Shown in pieces: positions 11,781 to 23,700 of a DNA stretch of 64,000 nt. The notes beneath the pieces were generated by a model. The model searched no databases, was not told the DNA's origin, and saw only the letters and a list, made by a program, of their open reading frames with translations. Both the position numbers and the translations under genes were made by a program. Each line of letters opens with the position of its first letter. Positions within the stretch are counted from its first letter, which is position 1. Source of the stretch: Octopus sinensis (Eukaryota); the NCBI RefSeq assembly GCF_006345805.1, contig NC_042998.1, positions 56,606,001 through 56,670,000 on the forward strand, read 5' to 3'.

Positions 11781-14700
11781 ATATTGGTAAAACGGTAAGA
11801 TAACAAAAGAAAGAAGGAGACCTCAATATTATGTAAATAGAGGAAATTTATCTATAAAATAATATGTTACATTACTCGATAGTCAAGATAAAACTCTGAG
11901 TTTCAGATGCTGAAGTGGGAATCCACAACGCCATCTCTTCGGTTATAGCCAGATAACTGAAGAGATGGCGTTGTGGATTCTCACTTCGGCATCTGAAACT
12001 CAGAGTTTTATCTTGACTACCGAGTAATGTAACATTATTTTATAGATATATATATATATATATATATATAAAATAAGCAGTGTCAAACCATGCTGTCTAT
12101 AACACCTTTATTCTATATATAAACATAGGGCTTAAATTCTAATTCAAGCTAACTGTAATCACCACTAACCTACCAATTCTCATGATAACATCAGAGAGGA
12201 AGTTGATAGATAAAGGTTGAAAAGATATCAAAACCAAAAGTTAATGTATAAAAAAAAAAACAAAACAAAATCTCACCTGAACAATTTCACTGTTCTTTTT
12301 CTGTGGCAAAGGTGTACCAAAAAATATTGCATCGGCCTAAAAGTATAATACATAATTCAAATATGCTGACAAACACAAAATATTGCAAAATTCTGCAAGG
12401 AAATCATTAAAATGAATTAGAAAACAAAGAATAAAAAAAAAAAATATATATATAGTAGCACAAAAACTTGTTTGGAATGATAAGTGCTTAAAATTCTGAG
12501 GAATTACTTAAGTGGTAATTTTTCCTTTATATTACACTAGCCTTCAATTGGTTGAACAGGTAATCATTACCTAGCGTCTTATTTCCAAATATTCATCTCT
12601 GGCTGGAAACCAATTAGAAAAGTTTATCTCAAAATCAAAAGATTATTAACATTCTTATCCACAGAACCACTTGATGATGAGTTGGAACCACATGAAATAT
12701 TACAGTGCAACTGTAACTTATCTAAATCAGTGTTTCTCAACTGAAGTCCATATAAGATTTTGCTGTTAAAATTTATATGCACTAAATAGGTTATACTTCT
12801 ACAATATACAAGAATATTTTCATTTTTTAAAAATAAAATTCCTAATATTTACTTATAAAAATATGATACTTTTTTTAAACATCGAATGTTTATTAGGGTT
12901 AAATAACCAGAGAGGTCCATAGGCAAAAAAATGGTTGAGAACCACCAATCTAAATATTCTGATAAAAAGCAAAAAGAACAAAAAAAATTAAGAACATAAA
13001 ATAAAAAAAATAAGTACAAAAGCATTAAAAAAGAAAAAATGCTTCAAATCTCACATTGTTATTTGCAGGTGATAATGAGAAAATGTCATCAAGATTGTTG
13101 TTTGTGCTGTTGTTTGTTTTTCTCAGGGGATTGACTTTTTGGTACATGGATTTACGTGTTGGTGAATCCATCATTATAAGATCAGGTGATTTTGGTGGAC
13201 TGGAATTATAAGAAAGACAATATGAAAATATAATTCCGATCATAAAACACCAAACCAGAAGGCAGTAGTAGGATAGCCTATCTGCTAGGACTGAATAAAC
13301 GACAAGTGATGCTGATGCTATAATTAGTGAGGCATTTAGGTTATAAAGCATTTATTGGTGCAGGCATTAGATGTGGTTTGGAAGACTGCAGCGAGACCAT
13401 GTTGGATTCAGATTCGGCCCTTATGCCTGGAACCATCTACTAAAGCACTGGGTTGCCTAATGCTTTGATAGAAACAATGTGAGGAAGCCCATCCATCACA
13501 TGTGCGTGTGTGTGACCACCTGTCTTTTTGTAACTAAGTGATACTACTTGACAGTGGTGTTTGTCTATGTCAACGTGGCTTACTGGTTCAACAAAAAATG
13601 CTTCAAGATGATACCAGCGTGACCAGAGTTTGATGACCGAAAAAGAGCTATCTAATTTGATAGAAAGAGAGAGACATCAGATGCTCTATAATGCAGTCAC
13701 TAGGAAATACATCAGACATAAATTTAGTAATCTGCTGAAGGCCTAGTTTTTATATCATATATGCAGGTTTAATATGAAGTTTCTAAACACCAGGTGTTAA
13801 AAATGATTTTCTTTTGGGAAAGATCAATCCCATTTACAATTTTTTATTACTTCAACTGGCATTGAGACTGAGTGGATAAATTATGCCATACCAACTTAGG
13901 GCACATGGATTGTTATCTACTGCAGGTACTTCCCTGTACACAATAAGCAGCAGGACTTCTGGAAAAATTAACTGAAATCAATCAGCAAGTCATGGAATGA
14001 ATGACTTGGTTTGTTCATTGCTATAGAAATTAAAAGTTAAGAACCAACCCTATGCTGCGGTTTTGTGAAAATTAGCAATTAAATGACAGAATCTTTGATT
14101 TACTTATTAGAGTGCTTCTTGATTTAACTCTTTAGCATTTAAACCAACCAAATGTGGCCCAAATATTCTACCTGTTTAATTTTCAAACCAGCCAGGTCTG
14201 ACCTCTCATGTCCACCCTACAATGTCATTCAAAAAATATACAATAACATCACTGAAATCTTGAAGCTGTGAGATAATGTGTGATTAATTAAAAACAATTG
14301 AATAAATATTATATCTGACAGAGTATTCCCAATGCAAAAGAATTAGTATTACATTTTTGATTTCTTTTCATTAGACACTCCACTAATTATTATGAGAGAG
14401 AGAGAAAGAACAAATATATTTCAAGTAAATCTTACCTCTTAATTTTCTCTAATGCAGGTTGTTTACTCACACTTTTCCTTTTGTCTAAAACAAAAGAATT
14501 TACATCATTTTAACAATTTCAAAAAGTAGTGTGGAATTATTAAAAAACAATACACTGTTGTTATCCATCTCAAGATTAATTGTGATCAAAGGGATCTATG
14601 ATGCAAAGCATTGCAACTATGATTATCCTATCTTTTTAGCAGCAGTTAGAGCATCCTCTGATGTGTCCTTTTTGTATTTTTTTAATGATGGCAAGGTGTG

Positions 14701-17700
14701 AATGAGAGAGATTTGGTGATTATCTCTAGCAAACTGAGCAACTGCATTGAGTCTTTGTTGACTTGGTCAATAAAATGAAATTATAAGAAGCCAACGAGTA
14801 AACTTTCTAATAATGAAATTAGCCATTACATCTCTATAATGAGAAAACATTTTGAGCAAAAGGTCAGTGCTAAGTTACTAGTAAATGAACACTCATTGTA
14901 GAAAGGAGATAATCATTAGCTGAGTAAGATAAGCCAGTCATAGCTAAGTTGCTAAGGTTTGTATCCCATCACTGCTGCTGCATTGCACATGTACCTGGCT
15001 CTGTCTGTCCAGAGTAGTAGATAGATATGAATTGGTGCAACCCACTGCTCACACACCATGTCCTTGCTTTAATCAATTCAATAACCACTACCACCACATC
15101 AAAGCAATGATGAACAAAATTTCTAATTTTGCCAAAATTATTGTTGTGTCTCAAAGGACATCATACTTGCCTATTACCAGTTTAGTGGTAAGAAAAATTA
15201 TATAAAAGGACCATGTAGAGGCATCTTTATTGGTTTGTAAGGTAACAAAGATTAGTGTCAGTATTTGAGATCTTGCAGTAAAGTATAACTTACTCATGTC
15301 AAAATCAATTGTGTTATTCAATCCAAGTAGTGGATCAAACTTTACATAGAGACTTTCGCGACATAACCGAGAAGCATTTATCTGGAAGCAAAAACAAATC
15401 ACACATTTCATTAAAAAACATCATATATTTTGATAAGCTATAATAGTAAATAGTTGTATTTATTTGGTGAAAACTCAAAATGAATAGTTATTTCAAGTAC
15501 TTAAGTTCACAATGTTTTGACAGATATTTTGTTGGGAACCCAGCTGTTGCTTCAGTGTGGAATGCAATAAAACTAAAACACCAACATAATAGTCCCATCT
15601 ACTCTGGATTGTATATGTTTAACTATTTAGCTTCAAATACTCACTGCTGTTGCAGTGTTGACAAGGGATTATCAGTTATTTGACAATCCAATACACTATA
15701 ATCACCAACTGTATCTTGTTGATAATTCCAGAGTTCAAAACATTTTAATGAAGACAATTTTTTTTTTCATCTTATGATTCAGCCATAACACTGCAGCCAT
15801 GCTGGAGCACCACCTTGAAGAATTTCAAGTTAAATGAATCAACCTCAGTACTTAAAATATTTTTCATTAAGCCTGGCACTTACTCTATCAACTTTTTTTT
15901 TTTTTGCTGAACTGCTAAGTTATAGGGACATAAATACACCAACACTAGTTGCCAAGCAGTAATGAAGAAAAAACACACACACACATATATAAAGATATGA
16001 TAGGCTTCTTTCAGTTTCCATCAACCAAATCCACTCACAAGGATTTGGTTGGACCAAGGCTATAGCAGACACTTGCCCAAGGTGCCACAGTGGACTGAAC
16101 CAGGAACTATGTGGTTGGGAAGCAAGCTTCTTTGCTCAAAATTGATTTCCAATTTTGGAATACAAATTTTTTTATTTTGCTTTAATTTAATAAATTTTGC
16201 ACCTTTAATTTAACAAAACACCTAGAACTTGAAAACATAACAGCAAAAATAGGTTACTTAACATCCCTAGTGGGTTCTTGGAAAATAACCCAAAATTAGT
16301 GCCTTTTTTCATTGCTTTAACATCTATTTTTCCATGTTTGAATGGATCAAAAAGTATATTGAGACAGATTTTCTTCTTCCTATTGCCAGCTCTTGTTGCC
16401 AAACAAGGTAACATTTCTTCATAGCCAGATATGATTTCACAGAATATCAAGCCAAGTGAAATGGTAGTCATGGCAGATACTGGTGTCATGCAAAAGCACT
16501 CATTACACACTCAGAATGGTTGGCATTAGGAAGGGCATCCAGCCATAGACACCATACCAAATCAGACTTGAGTCAGGTGCAGCCCTACTCAGCTTACCAG
16601 CCTTGGTTAAACTGTCCAACCCATGCCAGCATGGACAATGGACGTATGATGATGATGATTAGAAATGAATGACATTCATTCACAACAATCACACAATCTT
16701 AAGACAAGGAAAAACACAAATACCCATTCATATATATGCTAGGCTTCTTTCAGTTTCCTAACAAATCTATTCACAAAGCTTTTGTCAGCATTGGGCTATA
16801 GTAGAGGATTACTTTCCCAAAGTGCTATGCAGTGAAATTGAAATCATGTAATTGGGAAGTAAACTGCTTATCCACAAAGCCATGAGAAATTCATCATCAT
16901 CATTTAACGTCCATGCTGGATTGGGTTGGACAGTTTGACCAGGGTTGGCAAGCTGGAAGGCTGCACCAGACTCTGGGCTTATTTGGCATGGTTTCTATGG
17001 CTGGATGCTCTTCCCAACGCCAACCACTCCGAGAGTGCAATGGGTGCATATATGTGCCACCAGTATCTTCTACAACTGCGATTTTACTTCACTTGATAGG
17101 TCCTCTCAAGCACAGCATATTGACAAAGGTCTTGGTCACTACCGCTGTGGGGTCCAACACTCAAAAGGAGCTTTTCACGTGCCACCAGCATTAGCCACTT
17201 TGCCTTCATGTGCAATAAATTGGTTATACTTATACACAAAATATTTTAATTTTCTTAATACAATTTCTAATAATAATAATTATAAAAATGGGATTTATTT
17301 CTGGACAGATTGTCTTATTCCTAGTTAAGTATTTCTGTAGCAGTCTAGAAAAAGGCATGAGTGGTAGCCAACCCTGACATAAACCAAAACAGAAGTTCAG
17401 CCAAGCTAAATCTCTTCTTTATCAATTGATAAAATAAACACCAGTTATGAACTAAGGTTAATCCAACTTATCCCATTGCCTAATTAATGAATTAGTAATC
17501 TCATTATCAGTAGTGTAATTGTGTTGTTTCCTGGTAACAACCACTATTAGCATCATTACAAAAATGCAAAATAAAAGTTTTTCTTTCTCCTCAAGAATAT
17601 GAAGTTATTGAAAATAAAAAGTCAACTATTTGATTAATTAACCAATTCCAGTGTATTTTCCTTTGACTCTGATATGGAGAGAAGGTTTAAAGTGGTGCCC

Positions 17701-20700
17701 TAACACGCTGGGACACACTACACTATTTTTAGATGCCAGGTTAACATGTTTTGAAGAAATTATCAATTAGAGAGATAGAAATATACTTACAACAGTTTTA
17801 TCACAGTTTAACAGCTCCCAGTCATCATCATCACAGATAAATCCTACAAAATAAATGAAACAAATTATTCATCTTCACTCATTTTTCATGCAAACTTAAA
17901 TTAGATGAATATATTACTGAGACACTAGGTTAATGATGACCTTGATACTTTCCAAGTAAGGGATCTCTTATTCCACACATTTGTTTGTCTTTCTTTTTAG
18001 TCTATTTAAATGTGTACACACACACACAATGATGAACAGGAACAAAATGTTTGAGTTGAAGCAGAGAAAACCTAATTCAGACCCTTTCAAATCTACATTC
18101 GAGTGGTTGAGTTGCTCTCTCAGTACCCACTCATAATGCTGAAGTAGCTGTGAGCATGGTATCCTTTTTTTTTTTTTTTCTGGTTCTGAATGAACTCAGA
18201 ATCTATCCAACTATTCACCTGCACAGTGTTGCCATCTTACTCATGTATTATAGATTCCCAGGTCATGCACCAACTGACTGAGCTTGAACTACCCTTGGTC
18301 CTGTGTACTCAGTGTTGCCTGTTTGTGGGTTGATAGTGAAGTGGTTGAAACTTCTCAGTATTGACCTGCATGTTATTTTCATCAGCTCATCCTGCAGTTT
18401 TAGCACGAAGTGCATTCAAAAAGTATCCAACTATTTTTTTCCCTGCCAAAACTAATGTAGTGTGGATAAACTACTTCGGGTGGAACATAATGCCACCCTT
18501 CCTGCACATGTGTGAAAATTTTCATGTCTGTAGGACTGTCAGCTCCTGACTGTTATGCATTGTAATTGAATGCATTAAGCAGAAATACTGCAAGTTTTGC
18601 CAAAAGCTGTGATAACTTAAGCTCAAACCATTCAGAAGATTCAGCAGGCCTTTGGCAATGATGCCATGGGCAAAACTCAGATCAAGGAGTGGTACAACCA
18701 CTTCAAACATAACTGCATTTCAGTGGGGAGAAAGGCATGCTCAGGTAGGCCATCCACAAGCAGAAATGAAGAGCTGATTGAGGTTTGGCAAATCACACTG
18801 AAAGGGAAGCAATTTGAGTTGCAAGAGAAAACTGTGAGAAAAGCAACAATGGAACTCCACAGTATTCCAGGTGTTACCAGCAATGGCAGAACTGCTGGGA
18901 GAAGTGTGTGAACTCCTAAAAGGAATATTTTGAGGGTGATTAAATAAAATTTGTGAAGTGTACAAAATTGCTTTTTTTTAATGCACCTCATGTTATCAGG
19001 GTCCTTGACCACCTGTGATACTTTTGTAACATCAGCATAGCTGGTGAGTGGCTGACTTTATGTCAGAGAGTCACCACAAACACTAGTGGTGGTCTCAATA
19101 CAGTTCTTTGAGCGACTTCACAGAGAGAGAGAGCACCGTTAGCTGCAACTGTCTGACTTCTGCTTTTAAAAAAGTCATGCAGCCACTCTCCTAGTTTTCC
19201 AGCAATACCATGGTCATGCAGTTTGTGACAGATCATCCCATGAGCAACTTTAAGGTCTTAGCAAAGTTAACATATATCATTATCTACATTTGAGTGATTG
19301 AGCTGCTCTCTCAGTATCCAATCATAATGCTGTAGTAGCTGTGAGGCAGTTGTGTTGTGCATTTGCTAGCGAGTTATTTTCTTCCAGGAACGTGATCAGC
19401 CTCCTCTGGACAATGCATTCCATGACCTTGTTAAAATGTAAAGTCAGAGAGATGGGCCTAGCATCTGCTCTGCTTCCTTCTTTAAGGACAGGGCACATTA
19501 TACAATCTTCTAACAACTTGGGAAGTTTACCACATGCAAGGAAACTCTGAAAAAGTATTTGCAGTGGTTTTGTGACAGCTTTCTTGCATGTCTTTAAAAG
19601 AGCAGCTGGAAACCCATCTGGACCAGTTGTTGAGTTCATCTCACCAATGGCCAATATTACATCTTTCTCTCTCTTATGCCAATGTAATTGATGATTGCCT
19701 CTTTTCCCCCGTCGATCTGCAGTGTCGAAAAACTCATCAGGCTTGCTTATTAGCATGTTTCCCAGTGGAGAGGCGAAGAGACTTTGGCATTGCTTATTTG
19801 GCAGTTCACTTATCCTCCTGGGGTCTGAATTTAGAGAGCTGTCTAAACAATAGCACTGAGGCAGATTCTTTTGCAAAATTGTAGGATTTAGGATTCATTT
19901 TTACATTTTTCATTGCTTTGGTTTCTCTTTCTACACCTTAGTGCCTCTCTGAGGAGGGATTTCTTGCTGTTATTGCTGGGGAACAATGTTTTTGTATGCA
20001 GTTGTTCGCTTCTTTGGGACAAATTTAATGCGTATGGCTTGCAATAGATATAAAACTAAACATTTGATAGAAAAGTAAAGACAATATATGTGGACACTTT
20101 TTGAAATTGAGTAAGTTATGGACACTACACAGTTAACTCATAAGGGTACCATACTTAGTTAACTTTCCCAGAAAATATGGTTGGAGTGAAATAAATGTGA
20201 GTAGTTGAATATTCAACTTTGACCCTCTCAAAGCATATCATTATGTATGAAATTAGTTGGTCAACAATGGGGTGAGTGTATGTTTTCATTTTAAATTGGA
20301 CTTGGATTTTTTTGAATTCTTTCATATTTATAATAGTAACTGTATTTGCTTAAGAATCACTTTTTCAATCCTCAACTAACACTTAAAATACCTTGATGGT
20401 ATAAAATATATATGCATACATATAGATGTGTGTATGTATAATATATATATATGTATGTGGATGGGTGGATAGATGTGTGCATGTGTATATATTTACAAAC
20501 GTTAATATGTATGAGAAAAATGTTTTAAAAAATACAAGGGCTAAATTAAAGTCAACAACTTGAATAGTAATTAGACTTCAACAGGCTGACCACAGATACA
20601 ACTGAAAAGAAGCCCCCTTTCTTTGTCTTTCTTCTCTCTTTCTTTATCCATCTTTCTTACATAATAAAGGTGAAATTTTATCCGCCCATCTGGAACTCCT

Positions 20701-23700
20701 GTATTTCAGTCTGCATTTGCTCTAGACATAGACACCTTTTTGGAATCAGAATGATCTTGGGATTGAAAATCGCCTTTTATTTGGTTTGCTGTTTCTTGCA
20801 GGTAAAGCTCATCTAATTCACACCATCATGGTTGGCATTTGTCAAATGATGTCAGAGTTCATTCAAGGTGGAGATAATGACACTTGCTTCATTAATTTTA
20901 CATCAAGATAAGAATTTTGGGACAAATTGGCCAACAATTGGAATCCAAATTGGGACTGGAATGATTGCATTACAAAATTAATTCTCATCCATCCTTCTCC
21001 TCTGATCAAACACCACCAGGGCATATAGTCATGCTAATTAGAACTCTCTAGTTTTGGGCCACAGGCCCAGTTAGCCCCCCCCCCCACAGGAGCTAGCTTA
21101 AAAGCTAGTTCTCTATAAAAAAAAAACAATTAGCATCTGGAAAAAACTACAAACAACCACCAAATATAACAATGAAAGCCATCTCACAGATGAAAACGAG
21201 AAAAAGAATCCCATTCTCTCTTTCTTTCCTCCTTTTCTGTAAACACACATACAACTAATAAAACAAAGCATCTTCTTCCAGATTTGTATAAAAGGCAAAG
21301 AAATGTTCTGTAAAGCTGATATCTGAGGAATCTCCAAGAATGAGACAAAATTATCCAAAATTCTGACTGCCTCTTTTTACTTTATACATATATATAAAAT
21401 CAAAACTTCAAAACTAAAATAACAGTTAAGACGAACTAAAATAAGTTAATTTAAACTATTGCTTGAGTGATTTGTGTTTTCATCATTCCACAACATTTAT
21501 TGTTTTATGTCCATTTTTTTCCATATTATATAGATACAAAACTCATTTGATTACTAAGACACAAGACTATAAAATACTGTTGGTTACACTGGATCATAGT
21601 GGTCACTTTGAGTGAATCTCATACAGCATAACAAGCTTTTAAGGGAAGTATGTCTGCAATCAACTAACCAACATCTAAATCAGTGGTAAAAAAGAAAAAC
21701 AAAACTAATAAAACAAAGAGGATAAATACTTTTCTCAGTTGGTCTAAAAGAGATATTTGCTGACATTCAATAGTCAAATCAGAGATAATAGGGTCACAGC
21801 TGTCAAAAGACTGCAACAAATGTGGTGGCAGATAATTTCAAACATCCTCAGATGTGGCGTTAGAATTCTGTTGTTCAATCTTCATTGCTTTGAGATCTGC
21901 AATGTTCCCAGCAACATCTGAAGTATCTCGCCCTTCACACCTGGTGAGTTAAGGATCTGCTTCTTACATTGGAAAGGATGTCTCCTGAAGGACTTCTTTC
22001 TCTTGTTGAGCTGATGAGTTGGGGATCGGCTCAACAAGAGGTTCCTCACAAGACTGATCCTTTCGAATGTAAGAAGCAGGTCTCTAACTCACCAGCCCTA
22101 CAAGAGAAAGAGGTTCTTCATGAGACTGATCCTTTCCAATGTAAGAAACAGATGCCCAACTCACCAGCCTCAAAAGAGAAAGACATCTTTCACAAGAATG
22201 ATCCTTTCCAATATAAGAAGCAGATCCCTAACTCACCAGCTCAACAACAAAAAGGTCTTTGACAAAACTGATCCTTTCCATTGTAAGAAACAGATCCTAA
22301 CTCACCTGTTCAACAAGGAAAAGAGATTCTTCATGAGACTGATCCTTTCCAATGTAAAAAGCAGATCCCTAAATCACCAGCTCAACAAAAGAAAAAGATC
22401 CTTCACAAGACTTATCCTTTCCAATATAAGAAGCAGATCATTAACTTACCATTTGTTTTTTCTTCGAATTGAATATTTGGTTCCTGTTCATCATAGTTTG
22501 CGGTTTCAGCACTATCACTGGGTTCTGCGCCTTTTAGAATTGTAGAAATGTCATCCTCACATATATGGGTGTCATTTACAGCTGTAACAAGATCAGTAAT
22601 TTCATTTAACTCTTTTCTGTTGGGTTTTTCATTAATATTCTGTCTGGATTGAGAACCCGCATGCTTCCCGTTTCCTACTTGCTGTTGTTTGTTAGGTGAA
22701 GTAGGAGTGATGTCTATTTGAATATCATTTTCAACAGCTACTGCAGCAACTGGAGAATTAGCCATTTGAGTTCTGCCCTCAAATGAGATATCAATATTAC
22801 TTTGACTCCCTTGAATTGATTTGGGAGAATTTAGTAGATGAGTGTTAGTACTGAAGGTGTCAACATCTTTAAAGACTGAAGGATTTGAAATTATTTCAAA
22901 TTTTTGCAGATTATCATCACTTGCTGCAATAGAATTAGGAATTTCACAGTTAATTTTGGAATGGTCACTAGCATCTTTAACTTCAGAAGATTCCATGACC
23001 TCTTCTTCAATATCATTAGGTCTTCCAATATCTACAACAGGCTTCTTGATTTCTACATTTTCAGCAACTGAAGCATTATCTATTGCTTTCGATAGGGGAG
23101 CATTTTCATGAGTGTTTTCTTCAGCTAATTGAGGTTTAGGATATCCATGGCTACAGTCAACATTCTGAGACTCAAGCAGATTTGAATTTTTCTCTTCAGT
23201 CTTCTCTGCATCAACATTTGCTGTGCCAATCTTAGAACTACATTCAAAATGTTCTACATTATCAGACGATTTCTCTTCAGGAATTTTCTCTTTTGTAGTT
23301 AGACAGTTAGCAATTCCAGTTTCAAAAGAATCAACAAACTTTTTAGCTCCTGAAATCTTTTCTTCAGTCTGTACTGTCATCAAAGTAGTTTCACTAGCTG
23401 ACATGTGTTTGTCAGTCTTTGTTGAGCCAGTAGCAACAGACTCATGTATCTGGTTGCTAATTTCAGAAGAGCCAACAGAACTAGAATCAGGGGTTCTATC
23501 TTTTGATTTATCTTCATCATTAAAATAATCAAAGTTCTCCGGGATTGAAATTTCAGCAATCCTTTCTTCAACTTTGCAAGTATCCAAAATATCAGTGTTT
23601 TGCTTTTCATCAACTGGAGGCTGAGCCATGGTCAAAGGATCAGAACTATCGTTTGGCATTTCCACAGACTGGATGACATTAACTGATGACTGTGGAACTG

